From a virus: a stretch of 64,000 nucleotides of DNA. The stretch spans positions 32,001 through 96,000 of the IMG/VR virus record IMGVR_UViG_3300037483_000594; one strand, written 5' to 3'. The notes under the pieces are model-generated. The model was not told where the DNA came from. It saw only the letters and a program-made list of their open reading frames with translations, and searched no databases. This document shows positions 18,901 through 29,500 of the stretch, one piece after another. Within the stretch, counting starts at the first letter, position 1. Each line of letters opens with the position of its first letter. The translations under genes and the position numbers were made by a program.

Positions 18901-19179
18901 ACCGACATCCTCGGGTCCAGAGACCTGACCATAGACGGCGAGACCGGAGAGGTCACAGCAGGGCGCGAAGGCTTCCACTCCCGGGCCTTTGGGCACGGAG
19001 CCCTCGGGACCAACATCGCCAACCTCATTCCCCAGGGGAGCAACGCTGAGCGTATCCTCGGCCTCGACGTCTCCGAACGACGCGCAGAGATGAGCCGCTA
19101 CGACATGCGCGCGCGGAAGGCGGAGAGGGTCCTGGCTTACGCCGACGACATCCGGCGGAACAGGGTCTTAATGGGCTAA
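15901..19179 (+). CDS. large virion protein, probable baseplate hub
   Basis: ~1090 aa; hub-like N-terminus (FLEGVEVPIV, LFFAGEV, LQCLD), PPRCNVLFP and GPFNPFLVCGFP; precedes baseplate genes. Confidence 0.6.
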   Translation: MATPYPLRLRGFLEGVEVPIVAATVTVAMDAPAQCAVQLPATDKALEFLPRTLVHIFFNVGEMTAPPTLTVEGEEEAEQVTAFNESEAIVFSEEEAVASDTSAEQLAGPVAETPPGGVDLQENPFDDDAQWKLFFAGEVTGYQLVKRFNQRALVLQCLDLSNYWDTCYQYQVNVSNIFGDGVASFVGAGESVFDTFFESATSSIIDIVQRRSFSRPELGGLLGGIVHLLERVGGVYGSRGFRGVNDFFTLAELRLHLVDMIGASEDDTSSQRLFPARAYNAWTRREGGQLPKIASFRDMLNLVNKFIFHAVAPNPIARYESPSEYQRSRSRTVETGGRPQTFLESPQWVNINNRINSALSTLQRYQQSTAPVSRNGLSRSMGQLASTIRSIKDSAVAAQNSSTTPQNPGQGVPIQSRLHRAGTHVQSLATMLSSFEENDRVIVTLRAGNTFEYAAFFRRQSVSATITEAFDELAQASASLTSLSGSATATRSATRTTTETVRRGGRLYSQIIRPDIFMVPPPRCNVLFPELYSSFQSEKQWLRMVTRMRMTMSDELFGPNMLLDSVYFAPNMPVLGARLRQGSVDDRSTDMSLRTVAYGRRLMEHELLTGPIPVFERMNDINVLAARQQGTTVRGARLSYVDRAVNHQFIKHRVSPHTANIEGPFNPFLVCGFPALLIDRAMTGEQVALSNLRGNELLEAAQLRNWAGLIEGTRAASEQDEAALEAWLALRETVPTQHLGMIDSIQHTVSNDSGRTAVTLSHVRTHRDNDELLGANVVNVARRDATQTTAQTTVAALETDPPVVGALGPGYGELTEVERLDTTSGQYKLYGTFSGSGPRRFDSFVQVGVTQAAHLYGPEVVTLVGARDTQVTFRAYRVTESIDRVTDRSVVVPFEQWVRPPWMSDVWANDRIGGVYQQLFGTGSLTDPLSVIFDRTEATEEDASVQDPLGEGRTHQSAGMEISVERAVDLAVRTYSQVVHSGLNVMELVRSYVWRPIATLTDILGSRDLTIDGETGEVTAGREGFHSRAFGHGALGTNIANLIPQGSNAERILGLDVSERRAEMSRYDMRARKAERVLAYADDIRRNRVLMG

Positions 19180-19203
19180 AGGAATAGCGAGGGCGCTATT
19201 CCT
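19174..19203. terminator. terminator between convergent genes
   Basis: AGGAATAGCG-AGGG-CGCTATTCCT; TTTAGCCC on minus strand. Confidence 0.7.
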
Positions 19204-19209
19204 GTGGTG

Positions 19210-19473
19210 TCACTCCGAGAACAGTCGGTCTTTGACGAAACGAGCCACCTCGTCAACGCTTTCCGTTGTCTCTGCTGTTCCGCGCATGTTATCGAACACG
19301 CGGAACCTCTTTGTCTTCTTGAACCATACGACTCGTGTGTCGATGGTTTGCAAGTCTAGAACGGGCACACCGCGTTGTGTTGTGGTCAACACCCCACCGA
19401 CGGCTGTCTGCACCTTTCCGAGCTGGTCGCGCGCCTGCGCGGAGCTTGTCCGCTTTTTCCTCCTGCTGATCAT
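19210..19473 (-). CDS. hypothetical protein
   Basis: GGAGGT RBS, ATGA overlap. Confidence 0.6.
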   Translation of the reverse strand: MISRRKKRTSSAQARDQLGKVQTAVGGVLTTTQRGVPVLDLQTIDTRVVWFKKTKRFRVFDNMRGTAETTESVDEVARFVKDRLFSE

Positions 19474-19859
19474 TTCACCTCCTTGAATAGCCCGCAGAGT
19501 TCTACACGGGTTCTGTCCTTGTCGAAGTAGTGCAGAGCTGCGAACAGGAAGTCCCCCTTCTCACAGGAAAGCGCGAGCAGACGCCCCTCCTCGAACACGG
19601 CGGTCACGGTGACCTCGCACCGCAGTATCTCGCGCGCTCTTGCAGTGTTTTCCTCAGCGGCGCGTTCTTCGTAGAAGCCTTCCCTTGGGCACCTCTCCGG
19701 GTGCCACGTAGCTTCTGTACTGTCCCGGAAGAACTTGTCGAAGTCACTCTTTACGCAGGAGCAGGACAGGTACTTCCCCTTGGGAAACATGTGGTCTGTG
19801 TTCACCAGGCAAGCAGGTACCCCGTGTAGTCTCCAGTGTCCGACTGGGTCTTGTTCCAA
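19470..19859 (-). CDS. hypothetical protein
   Basis: TTG start with AAAGGAG RBS, downstream of GCTATAAG motif. Confidence 0.55.
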   Translation of the reverse strand: MEQDPVGHWRLHGVPACLVNTDHMFPKGKYLSCSCVKSDFDKFFRDSTEATWHPERCPREGFYEERAAEENTARAREILRCEVTVTAVFEEGRLLALSCEKGDFLFAALHYFDKDRTRVELCGLFKEVK

Positions 19860-19923
19860 AGCAGTTCTCCTTTCACTCTTATAGCTGCGGGCAATGTTTT
19901 TCTTTCTGAGGTCTTGCGCTATC

Positions 19924-20307
19924 ATGAGAGACAAGATGCGCACACCTATTGACGAGTTCTCTCTTTTTGAAAAAGTCGCGGCCTTGCGTGAGGTGTTGAA
20001 CAGACGGCACCTGCGGCCTGTCGCCCGGACGCGTTCAGGGAGCACTCCTGCGCACGTGGACACGCTGCGCCGGCAGCCCTTCGAGCTACCGAGCGAGGCG
20101 TTGGAGCGCGGCAAGCTGAAACTCGCGTTGTGCCCTGAGGGGTATCCGGAGTTCGATCCGCGGTTGCGGAAGCTTGGTCTCGAGGTGGACCAGCTCGAGG
20201 ACATGGCCGAGGAACAGCTCTCGAAGCTGGAGCAGACAGGACGCGGCAAGGCCATCGGGCGGTTGCCGGTGTTCTACGAGAAGCTGCGGGGCGCGTTGGA
20301 TGCGTGA
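19924..20307 (+). CDS. hypothetical protein
   Basis: Follows TATCAT -10-like element; start could be 19936. Confidence 0.55.
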   Translation: MRDKMRTPIDEFSLFEKVAALREVLNRRHLRPVARTRSGSTPAHVDTLRRQPFELPSEALERGKLKLALCPEGYPEFDPRLRKLGLEVDQLEDMAEEQLSKLEQTGRGKAIGRLPVFYEKLRGALDA

Positions 20308-21094
20308 CACTAGCCCGCTCGCGGACTACGTGGGGTACCGTGACGAACTGGACCTCGTCTTGCGCGCGTGCTGTCTTGAGAAGGAGGCGGCCAAGGGTGC
20401 CGCGGAAAAGGATCTTGTCCTGTGGCAGCAGTGGAACGCCAGCAAAGACCCACAGGACATGGACACCCTCTTCAAACAGGTTCGCCCGATCATCGCCAAG
20501 GCGGTGAACGTGTACGCGGGCAAGGTCAACATTCCAACCCCGGCTATCCAAGCAGAGTTCGAGCGGCACGCGCTCTCCGCCATCAAGACTTACGACCCGA
20601 CACGCAGCGCGCTGCACACACACATCACCAACCAGCTAAACCGTGGGAAGCGGTTTGTCGTTACTTATCAAAATGTGGCGCGCGTTCCCGAGAACAGGTC
20701 CTACAGGATCGGAGAGTTCTTGCGTGCGAAGGAGGAGCTTGGGGACAACCTAGGGCGTGAGCCGAGCTCTATGGAACTCGCTGATCACATGAAGTGGCCG
20801 GTGTCCCAGATCGCAAAGCTCGAGCAGGAGATGCGCGCGGAGGTTCCTACCTCGCATCTTGAGGGTGGGGACCTGACCTCTGTGTACACCTCTCCGGAAG
20901 CGGAGCTGCTGCAGCTCCTTCCCGGGGAGCTGACCGGGGAGGAGAAGCTGGTCTACGAGTACGTTACGGGGTCAAACGGCAAGCCAAAGCTCTCCGGCAC
21001 CCAGATAGCGCAGCGGACCGGGCTGAGTCCGGCAAAGGTATCGCGGCTGAGGTCATCGGTCGCGACAAAGGTCAAGAAGTACTACAGGGGCTAG
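20300..21094 (+). CDS. sigma-70 family sigma factor (second), located among virion genes
   Basis: SAIKTYDPTRSALHTHI (region 2), RVPE, LGREPSSMELADHM (region 3), TQIAQRTGLSPAKVSRL (region 4 HTH). Confidence 0.85.
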   Translation: MRDTSPLADYVGYRDELDLVLRACCLEKEAAKGAAEKDLVLWQQWNASKDPQDMDTLFKQVRPIIAKAVNVYAGKVNIPTPAIQAEFERHALSAIKTYDPTRSALHTHITNQLNRGKRFVVTYQNVARVPENRSYRIGEFLRAKEELGDNLGREPSSMELADHMKWPVSQIAKLEQEMRAEVPTSHLEGGDLTSVYTSPEAELLQLLPGELTGEEKLVYEYVTGSNGKPKLSGTQIAQRTGLSPAKVSRLRSSVATKVKKYYRG

Positions 21095-21095
21095 C

Positions 21096-21308
21096 ATGAG
21101 TCGTGAGTCGCGGTTGCAGGAAGTGTCGGAACAGGTAGGGGAGCTGGTGGACCGAAGGGTCGAGCAGTGGGAAGACTACTCCGCACTGTTGCGCTCTATC
21201 TTGGAGGGGCGAACCGGGGACGGGGAGCTGCAGAACCACCTGGTCACGCTGACCATCCCGTACTTCGACCAAACGGTGACCGACCTTCTCGGACAGGGAA
21301 ACACATGA
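21096..21308 (+). CDS. hypothetical protein
   Basis: Tight packing. Confidence 0.55.
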   Translation: MSRESRLQEVSEQVGELVDRRVEQWEDYSALLRSILEGRTGDGELQNHLVTLTIPYFDQTVTDLLGQGNT

Positions 21309-21607
21309 ACGTGGACGCCATAAAGGCCGCCCTTCAGGCAGAGCCGGACCCTGGTATACCGATCACGGCGCTGTTTGCACTTGCGCGTGCGCACGCTCTC
21401 CAGGAGCGGCAAACGGCGGCACAGGTACGCGCTGGTGCTGAGCAAGAGCAGCGCCGCCAGGTCTTGGTGAACATGCGGCAGCAGGGAGGGGCGCAGCTCG
21501 CCCAGATGTTGGCCGGGATGGGTGTGCCTGGCGCGGCGATGGCATCCATGACAGGGGTGACCCCCGCGCTGTTGCGTGCCGGAGTTCGAGGCGGCCATGT
21601 CTATTGA
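21305..21607 (+). CDS. hypothetical protein
   Basis: MNVDAIKAAL...; ATGA overlap. Confidence 0.55.
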   Translation: MNVDAIKAALQAEPDPGIPITALFALARAHALQERQTAAQVRAGAEQEQRRQVLVNMRQQGGAQLAQMLAGMGVPGAAMASMTGVTPALLRAGVRGGHVY

Positions 21608-22526
21608 AACAGTACGCGTGTTTTGTGAAGACCAGGCTGGTGACCCTATCGTTGGTGTCCTCGTTCGGTTTTTTGAAGCTGACGGCACCACGTTCGTCAC
21701 TCAACAGTACTCGGTGCTGGTGGGCCTCGACGCTTATGCGGAGGTGACGCTCACCGGTGATGACCCCGCCGTGACCTACGTTATCCGGTTGTCCAAGAGC
21801 GGGGTGGCTTTCGACGGCACTCTCGGGGCCGGGAGCTACTCTCCGCAGACCATCGCGGTGAGCTCCCTGGTGGACAACGACTTCGACGTTTTTGGGCAAA
21901 CGTTTACCCATCCTGTGGCAAGCGACCCTCGTCTCTGCAGGGTGTCTGGGCACGTCTACGACCACAAGCACCAGCCGCTCGAGAACTACCGGATTTCGCT
22001 CAGTCCGTTTGTCCCGGACAGTGCACAGCAGTCGTCCATGCGGGTCGTGGACGGGGATCTCATCGCCAACAAAAGGCAGTACCTGGTGACTGACAGTGCC
22101 GGGTATGTCGTCTTTGATGTTATGCGTGGTGCCGAGTACCTGGCCTTCCTGGAAGACAACGTCATGGACCCTCGAGAGTTGCACATTCCGGACGCGAGCT
22201 CGGCGGTGCTGACAGACCTACTGTTCCCGACTATCCGGAGTGTGGTGTTCGTAACGCCGATGAACCTTTCGGTGGGGGAGTCGGCGACGGCTACGGTGAC
22301 GATCGTGAGCACAGATGCGCGGGTGTTTACCCCCGCAGACCAGGTGATCGACTTCGTGTCCTCGGATGAGAGCGTAGCTGTGGTAAGCATTGTCGCCGGT
22401 GAGGTCGTAGTCACCGCAGTATCGGCTGGTACAGCGGTTATCACAGCAACACTTGTGGACACTACGGTCCTGCGGTATCCCAATGAACCACAGACACTGG
22501 TTCCTCTGACCGTGGTCGTGTCTTAG
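21597..22526 (+). CDS. virion protein with C-terminal Ig-like (Big_2-type) domain
   Basis: FVSSDESVAVVS...VTAVSAGTAVITAT. Confidence 0.7.
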   Translation: MSIETVRVFCEDQAGDPIVGVLVRFFEADGTTFVTQQYSVLVGLDAYAEVTLTGDDPAVTYVIRLSKSGVAFDGTLGAGSYSPQTIAVSSLVDNDFDVFGQTFTHPVASDPRLCRVSGHVYDHKHQPLENYRISLSPFVPDSAQQSSMRVVDGDLIANKRQYLVTDSAGYVVFDVMRGAEYLAFLEDNVMDPRELHIPDASSAVLTDLLFPTIRSVVFVTPMNLSVGESATATVTIVSTDARVFTPADQVIDFVSSDESVAVVSIVAGEVVVTAVSAGTAVITATLVDTTVLRYPNEPQTLVPLTVVVS

Positions 22527-22535
22527 GAGTGTTGG

Positions 22536-22835
22536 GTGGGCGAGAGCTTTGATGAGCGACTCTACGAACAGCAGTGCTTTCGGGACGCGTGCGCTGGAAC
22601 GATGCTACGCGCTCTCCGCGATCTGCTCGAGGGAAGCGAAGAAGCGCGCCGTTGGTTTTTGAGTGAGCCACGTGACGAGGAGTACGGGGTCACCCTTAAC
22701 GTCATCTGTGCACATCTGAACTTTTGTGCGCCGAGGGTAAGGCGCTGGGTCGTGACCTATCTGAGAGAGGGGTCTTCGGACGAGCTGTTCAGACTTTTAC
22801 GCATGCGGGGGACGACTGTGAAAAACCATGAATGA
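22536..22835 (+). CDS. hypothetical protein
   Basis: AGGAG RBS; ARRWF...ICAHL. Confidence 0.5.
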   Translation: MGESFDERLYEQQCFRDACAGTMLRALRDLLEGSEEARRWFLSEPRDEEYGVTLNVICAHLNFCAPRVRRWVVTYLREGSSDELFRLLRMRGTTVKNHE

Positions 22836-25608
22836 AGAGCTTGGCGCCATTTTATCGCAGTCGCTGCTGTCGACCGATGCTGCGGCTCGGGTGCTCGAGA
22901 ACGCGAAGTCTTTGTTTCTGCAGGAGCCGGACGCGGTTTTTACACTGGCGCATGTTCTTGGGCGGGATGTGCGCAAGAAGGCGTCGGCGGCGGAGACCTT
23001 GTGTCAGGAGCTTTCCGGGTATCTTGAGGGGTTGATTCGGAGAGCTCGCGCCGTGGACCCCGCCCCCCTCCGCACCGCGTTAGACGCTGCGTTGTCTGCG
23101 TCGCTCACCCCAGGTGTGCAGGCAACTGAGCGTGTCATTGGCAAGGTCGACCTGGCTGCCAGAGCGTTGGCGGCAGGGGTTTCTTCGTCGGCAGGAGTGA
23201 CGGCCAGTAGGGAAGAGGCTGTGGACCTCTTGTTCGCTGGGTTGTCCACACTGCTTACCTCTGTTGAAGACATTGAGGACAAGCTGCGGGCACTCATGGC
23301 ACTCCCCGCGGGGCTACGAGGGTCCGCGCTTGTGGCTTCTTTGACCTCAACACGAGTTGCGCGTGTCGTTGCAACTGTCGAGGACCTGGTCGACACCTTT
23401 GACAGCGCTACAGAGACGTTGCAGTCGTTGGTAGCGCGCGAGTCTGTTGTGCGGCTCGCCGCTGCGAGCGCGGCGTTGCAGCCGCTGGCCAAGGGTGTTC
23501 AGACAGACGGTGTTAGGCTGCGACAGTACGCTGCTGACCCTGTTCGGTACCGGTTGAGTGCAGCAGGGCAAGGTACACCAGCGAAGGTTATCGGGACGAA
23601 AAGCGCGCCTTGGCCACTCACGAACCTCACTGCTGACCTCGCCTTTGACATAAACGGGGCGGCCGACTTCACAAACGTCTTGGGCGGCTCTGGTCCAGTG
23701 CAGGCCGCGGATGTTGTGGGGGTAGCGGGTCCGTACAGCATCGCCTCGAATAATCTGATGACGCCCTACGCTATTCAATCTGTAGTGCAGCCGTATGTCA
23801 TTACGGCTGGTGTGGACGACCAGCTTTACATCGAGGTTGATGGCAAGGTCTTCACCGTAACGTTGCCGGCGGGGGCAGCGGTAACTGCGGCACAGGTGGT
23901 CACGGCCGTGGCCACTGACCCAGGGGTTGTGGCCGACCCGCGGGTAACAGCCTCGGTCGTCACCAACATGGTGCGCTTGTCCTACTCCAACCCCTCCCCG
24001 CCGTCCAGGTACAGTGACCGCTACATCTCTGTGAACAGAGGTGCTTACTGCTCTTTGGCGCTCGAGCCTTATGCTGTCATGGGCCCCGGAACACCAGCCG
24101 GTACAGTGTCCTACGGAAAGAGCAGGAACAACAGCATCCCTGTCAACCCGAACGACAGCCCTGCGGCGGTTTCCATAGCGCTTCCTGCCGGGGTGTGGCC
24201 TACCTACGCGGTGAATCTTGGGGACACGGTCACGCCAGGGACCGTGGTCTACGCCATTGACCAGGCGGCCATCGCGGCCGGAGAGGACTTCAGCGCTGAG
24301 AGCAGTGGGGGAAAGCTGCGTATCTTCTCGACGTTGACTGGAGAAGGCTCGGAGATAGTCGTTGGTATCCCAACGTCGTCGTCTCAGATAGAGGCCGCGA
24401 AGACTCTTGGCCTGTATGGGGCGTCCAGCGTACAGCGTGACATCTTCGCAGAGGTGGTAGTCGCTGCGATCAGACAGAACGCTGTTTTCGCAGCGCAAGC
24501 ACGTGTTTCGGGCAGGCGCACTGACTTGTTTGTCGGGGATGGAACGGTCACCGCTGGGACAGAAGTCACTGTGACCGCTGACCCAACGGGGTGGCCGAGC
24601 TACGACCAAGTGAAGGTGGTCGTGGTCACCTCTCAGGGAAACGTCAACTACTACGACCTCGTGGCCCCTTACACCTTTGTGGGTGGGAGTGCCTCCCTGG
24701 CTTTGAACAGGCGTGTGAAGGCGGGAGTGGGGTCGGCTATCCGCGTGACCGTGTACAGGCAACCTGTAGAGATAGAGTCCGTGTTGGATGATGAGAGCGG
24801 GTACGTTCTGCTGTCTGATACAGCGACCGCGGTCCTGGGGTTGACCACGTCTTTGGTTACCACGGCGTTGTCCACCCTCGTGCTGCAAGAGTACAGGGCC
24901 TTGTCCGCGTCGTGGTACCCGGCAAACGCCTCTTTGCTTGGGCTGAAGGTCGAGGATCTGGTGCTGACCGAGAGCGGTACCCAGGTGGCCAGTGTCACCG
25001 CGGTTACCCCCGCGACCGGTGAACTGTCCACAGCAGAGTTCTTTGCGGTGGGGGACACTGTATCGTACTTTTCGATCGTGTCAGCAAGCGCTGCGAGGTT
25101 CGACGACATGTGTGTGTCGCTCTCGCCATTCACCGGGTTGTTCACCTATGTCGAGGGTGTTGTCGATCTGTGCATGTCAGTCGCGCGGGCGGCGAAGAGC
25201 GGTACCGCAAGCGTGCAGGTGGCCCTGGCGTGTGCGGAGCAGATGAGCACGCTCGCCACCGTCTTTGGGTTTTTGAACCTCATCTGCGGGGTGTACTCTC
25301 CCGTGGTTGTGCGCCAGGTTGAAACAGTACTCGCGCTACTCGAGGAGAACGGGCTGGACAGGGCACGCGCGCTACTTCTTTCCGGAGACTTCGTGACCTT
25401 CGCGCAACTCGACGTACAATCCGCTATCCGCTCGGAGACAGCACGGCAGGCAACGGGTGACGCGCTCGCAATGTTCGGCGAGCAGAAGCACGGGGTGGCA
25501 CGCTCCGTGTGGGTTGACGCTTTCGAGCAGAGTAGTGTGTTCGACGACATCGAATCCTCCGACTCGGAGCTGGCAGTTCCTGTAATATGGGGGGACGAGG
25601 ACGTGTAG
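22828..25608 (+). CDS. large virion/tail-associated protein
   Basis: 926 aa, Ala/Val/Thr-rich beta-sandwich-like middle; structural operon. Confidence 0.6.
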   Translation: MNEELGAILSQSLLSTDAAARVLENAKSLFLQEPDAVFTLAHVLGRDVRKKASAAETLCQELSGYLEGLIRRARAVDPAPLRTALDAALSASLTPGVQATERVIGKVDLAARALAAGVSSSAGVTASREEAVDLLFAGLSTLLTSVEDIEDKLRALMALPAGLRGSALVASLTSTRVARVVATVEDLVDTFDSATETLQSLVARESVVRLAAASAALQPLAKGVQTDGVRLRQYAADPVRYRLSAAGQGTPAKVIGTKSAPWPLTNLTADLAFDINGAADFTNVLGGSGPVQAADVVGVAGPYSIASNNLMTPYAIQSVVQPYVITAGVDDQLYIEVDGKVFTVTLPAGAAVTAAQVVTAVATDPGVVADPRVTASVVTNMVRLSYSNPSPPSRYSDRYISVNRGAYCSLALEPYAVMGPGTPAGTVSYGKSRNNSIPVNPNDSPAAVSIALPAGVWPTYAVNLGDTVTPGTVVYAIDQAAIAAGEDFSAESSGGKLRIFSTLTGEGSEIVVGIPTSSSQIEAAKTLGLYGASSVQRDIFAEVVVAAIRQNAVFAAQARVSGRRTDLFVGDGTVTAGTEVTVTADPTGWPSYDQVKVVVVTSQGNVNYYDLVAPYTFVGGSASLALNRRVKAGVGSAIRVTVYRQPVEIESVLDDESGYVLLSDTATAVLGLTTSLVTTALSTLVLQEYRALSASWYPANASLLGLKVEDLVLTESGTQVASVTAVTPATGELSTAEFFAVGDTVSYFSIVSASAARFDDMCVSLSPFTGLFTYVEGVVDLCMSVARAAKSGTASVQVALACAEQMSTLATVFGFLNLICGVYSPVVVRQVETVLALLEENGLDRARALLLSGDFVTFAQLDVQSAIRSETARQATGDALAMFGEQKHGVARSVWVDAFEQSSVFDDIESSDSELAVPVIWGDEDV

Positions 25609-25898
25609 TGGCGCAAGCAGAAGAACAAGAGCAGCTAGACGACATCCGAAGGGTGCTGGCTGAAGGTATCGGGTATCTGCAGGGCGAAGCCTACACAGAC
25701 TTTACGAATTCTTTAACATTTTCGGCATTTTTGGCCGAGGCGATCTCTGTCATAGAGAACGATCAGTCAGACATACGCCCGGGGAAGCTCAACGGGTTGC
25801 GCAGCTTGAAGGAGCGGGTGCAGAGTGCGGTAGAAAGGGCTGTTCAGCTTCCCGGGGAGCTTTTCGAGGTAGTGGTCGAAGAGGAACAGGATGCTTGA
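25608..25898 (+). CDS. hypothetical protein
   Basis: TAGTG coupling. Confidence 0.5.
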   Translation: MAQAEEQEQLDDIRRVLAEGIGYLQGEAYTDFTNSLTFSAFLAEAISVIENDQSDIRPGKLNGLRSLKERVQSAVERAVQLPGELFEVVVEEEQDA

Positions 25899-26523
25899 TC
25901 TGCGCCTTGTAGAGATACGTGACGTGCTCCCCGTGACCCAGCTCGAACGTCGCGTCATTGAGGGTCTTGACGTGGTGTCTGCGCACGGCGAGGACTTCAA
26001 CTTCGTCCACGAGGTGCGCATAAACGGAGTTCGCTCCCCCAGTGTCACCGTACTCAGCGGTACGCACCTCTTGGCCCAGATTCCGGAAAGTGAACTGAAC
26101 AACGTTCTCATCTCGTTCTACGTGATCAGCGCCAGGTTCACACGCACCAAACGAAAGAGTGAGATCAAGTTTCGATTCAACGGCAGCGCCGTGGCCGGTC
26201 TCGAGCGGCTGGCCCAACTGTTTTTGAAAGTGCTGACACAGCGCCCCTCCACTTTTTCAAAAATGGGTGGAGGACTTGTCGATGCAGTTGGCCGAGGCGG
26301 TAACACGGTGTCAATGACCGCCGACCTGCACCGCGCTGTGAGTGTCACACGCCAGCAGCTTTTGGCGCAGCAGGCCGGGAGCACTGTGTTACCGCTCGAT
26401 GAGCAGCTCCAGGACGCCCAGCTTTTGGACGCCAAGTACGACGCTACAAAGCGTTCGGTCGTGGGTGTTATCCTTTTGAAAAATCGAAAAGGTGCTTCTT
26501 CAACTCTGGGGTTGCCTTTGTAG
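25891..26523 (+). CDS. putative baseplate wedge subunit (gp25-like C-terminus)
   Basis: GLERLAQLFLKVL...GGGL...PLDEQL; immediately precedes baseplate J-like gene. Confidence 0.55.
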   Translation: MLDLRLVEIRDVLPVTQLERRVIEGLDVVSAHGEDFNFVHEVRINGVRSPSVTVLSGTHLLAQIPESELNNVLISFYVISARFTRTKRKSEIKFRFNGSAVAGLERLAQLFLKVLTQRPSTFSKMGGGLVDAVGRGGNTVSMTADLHRAVSVTRQQLLAQQAGSTVLPLDEQLQDAQLLDAKYDATKRSVVGVILLKNRKGASSTLGLPL

Positions 26524-26532
26524 GAGGCTGTC

Positions 26533-29500
26533 TTGCCGACCATAAACTGGGAGCTGTTGCTCATAGAGCGGTTGCGCGCGTTTGACCCTACCATCGACAC
26601 CTCCGCAGGGTCTGCCGCCCGGGAAAAGATCATCACGCCTCTCTTGGCGCGACTGTCTCCGGATGTGCTGGAGGTGAGCCCTGAGAAGTTCATCCTGACA
26701 AGGCTGCAGCAGGAGCACCCAGAGCTCTACATTCAGGACGGCGGGTCAACCAACGACGTGCTCATTGGGCCGGCCGCCACGATCCTGGATGGCATGCGGA
26801 GAGAGATCCGGGAGGTTCGCAACAGCATCAGTCTCGCGAACCCAGACACGCTCAGTGCTGACGATGTTGACGCGCGGGTCGAGAACTTTTTTATTTCTAG
26901 GGATCTCGGCGCCTACGCGACGGTGCGCGTTCGTCTTTACTTTTCAAACCCAGTCGCTGTGGTAATCGGCACGGCGAATACGGGGTACACGGCAACCTCC
27001 TTGCGGTTTGTTCCGGTGGCCCCTTCCCGGTTCACGGCGTCGACGGTGTTGTTGAACAAGGACAGTTCGGGGCTGTACTACGTCGACGCTTCTCTCCGAG
27101 CAGAGCGCCCGGGGGCCGCGTACAGCATCGGGGCTGGAGAGATAATCGGTATGACCGGGATGCCGGCGGCCGTGCGGGTAACGAACCTGGACGCTGCTAC
27201 GCCCGGGCGAGACAGTCAGACAAACGCGCAGCTTATCGATGCCACTGGGTTCAGCCTCGGCGAGCGCTCGCTCAACACGCTCTCTGGTATCAATGCCGTG
27301 CTCAAGGTAAAGGAGTTCCCGGCCATTGACCTGTTGCAGGTAGTCGGCTTCAACGACGAGGAGATGCAGCGGGACGTCGTCTCCGGAGGTGGTCTCGGGC
27401 CTATCTTGTTCAACGGCTCTGACATCTTCACGGTGGACGACGGGGACGTGGACGGGTACACCAGCGTAGTTCAGTTCACGGCGTTTAACGTCACCGGTTC
27501 TTTGGGGGCTATAGGCACTGACCTGTCGGATTACGTGCTCACCACGGCGGACCTAGCGGGGGTGTACGACTTCACCCTGGGTGAGGTGCTGAGCAGCTCG
27601 AGTTTTTCGATAGCCGAGTCGTACACGGGGACCGCGCGTATCAGCGACGCTATCGCAGGGACCGGGTGGACTATCCGGAGAGGAGACGTGCTCCTCCTCT
27701 CCGACATGCCTGGAGGTATCCTGTTTCCGAGCTCTGGTGGGGTCACCGTTTCCGTCCCCCCGGGGGAAGTGCACGTAGGGTCCTGTACAGACATCTTCGT
27801 GCGTGGCACAGAGCTCGAGGAGCGCGCGTTGGCAGTGGCTGTGGCGGCTGATCAGGACGCGTTTGTGTGGGGGGAAGACGCCGCGATAACGTTGGGGGAC
27901 GATGAGATAGTGCTCAACGACCTGAGTGACGACGACTGGGCACTCACAACGGTCGGGATGAGCATCCACATCGAGACAGGGTCCCCGGCAAGCTTCCGGG
28001 TCATAGAGGTGAGCGGCACAGGGGTCCTTCCACGGTTCGTCCGGGTGACCGAGCCCATGCCCGCGACGTTGACCGGACTCTCCTACGCGCTGGTAGACGA
28101 TGTCGACATAGACCTGGTAGAGCCACGTGTGCGGAAGTGGGAAGGAAACGATCTGGCTTCGGTGGCTGGGTTGCCCGATGTCGAGACCGGAAGCGGTCTC
28201 CCCAACTTTGTGGCAATCGGAGTTGTCGCTGGGGACTACCTCCGCATTCTAAACGGTGATGACGCCGGAGAGTACGAGGTGCTGGGGGCCACGGTGTCGA
28301 AAGTCACGCTCGTCACCCCACTCAACAACACGGCCGCCCCGCTGCAGTTTGAAATCTACGCCAAGCAAGAAGGCGTAGCCTTGCCGGTGGTGAGGGTCAC
28401 AGAGGTCGAGTTGCTGGACGGTGACGCTGTTCCCACAGGGGACGTCGTCCCATACCGGGTTCCCGTGGACGTACGCTCCAGGTCCTTTCAAAACCCGGGG
28501 CGTGGGCCTACGGCGGGGAGTGCCGCTTCACTGTCCGGGGACACCCTAACCGCGGTGTCACACGACGTGTTCACGAGCTCGGACCCGGCCCTAAACTTTT
28601 GGTCTTTGGGCGTGCGGGTAGGAGACAAGGTCAACATCATCGGGTCGGACAACCACGGCTACTACACGGTCACGCAGGTTGGGGGTGATCCGTCGGCTAC
28701 GGTGCTCGACAACCAACTTCGTGTCACGGAGTACGTCGGCTTCTTGATCGCTGGGATGGAATATGTTGTCGGCCCGGTCTCCTACGGGTCATTTCGCGTG
28801 TACTTCAAGGACCCCTGCGCGTGTGAAGTGACCTACGCCGACACCGCGTTCGCAGTGGACGTGCTGAGCGAGGACCGCTGGTTTAGGCCGGACCCGTTGG
28901 TGGCGGCGGAGCTGCTGCCCACTACGGTCACCGCTCCTACCGTGAAGTTCACAGCAGCGTCTGACACAGTCGAGACTTTCTTTCCGGACGGGTCGGTCCT
29001 CGACCCGATGGCGTTTGACCTTCGAGTGGGAGATGTTGTCGAGATCGCCTACGTCCCTATCGTTGGGGTCCTTGACATCACCACCGCGAACGTTGACGGT
29101 ACGACCCTGCTCATCGATGTTGGGCAAGGCCCGGAGCGTGTCTTCCTCACGGGCACCTCAGCTTCGGTCGACGACATCGTTGATCAGATCAACGCGCAGC
29201 TCAGTCTGACGGTCGCGTCAAACTACGAGAACCCTGCTGACCCTGGAAGTGAGCATGTTATGCTGCGCGGGGACTTTCCCGTCACCCTGCTAGACAACAC
29301 CGTGGACCCGGCCTTCGTTGACGGCACAGCGCTTGTCTTTGGCGCAGTGCGTAACCAGGCTCCGGACCAGGTCTTTCAGCCGTGGTGGGCGGCCACCCCC
29401 TTCGCGGGTGCGGACACCACAAACAGCTCCCCCACCGGGACCTGGGGGACCTACGTCGTGGAGTCGCTGACCGAGACCTCGTTGACGCTGCGCACTTGGT

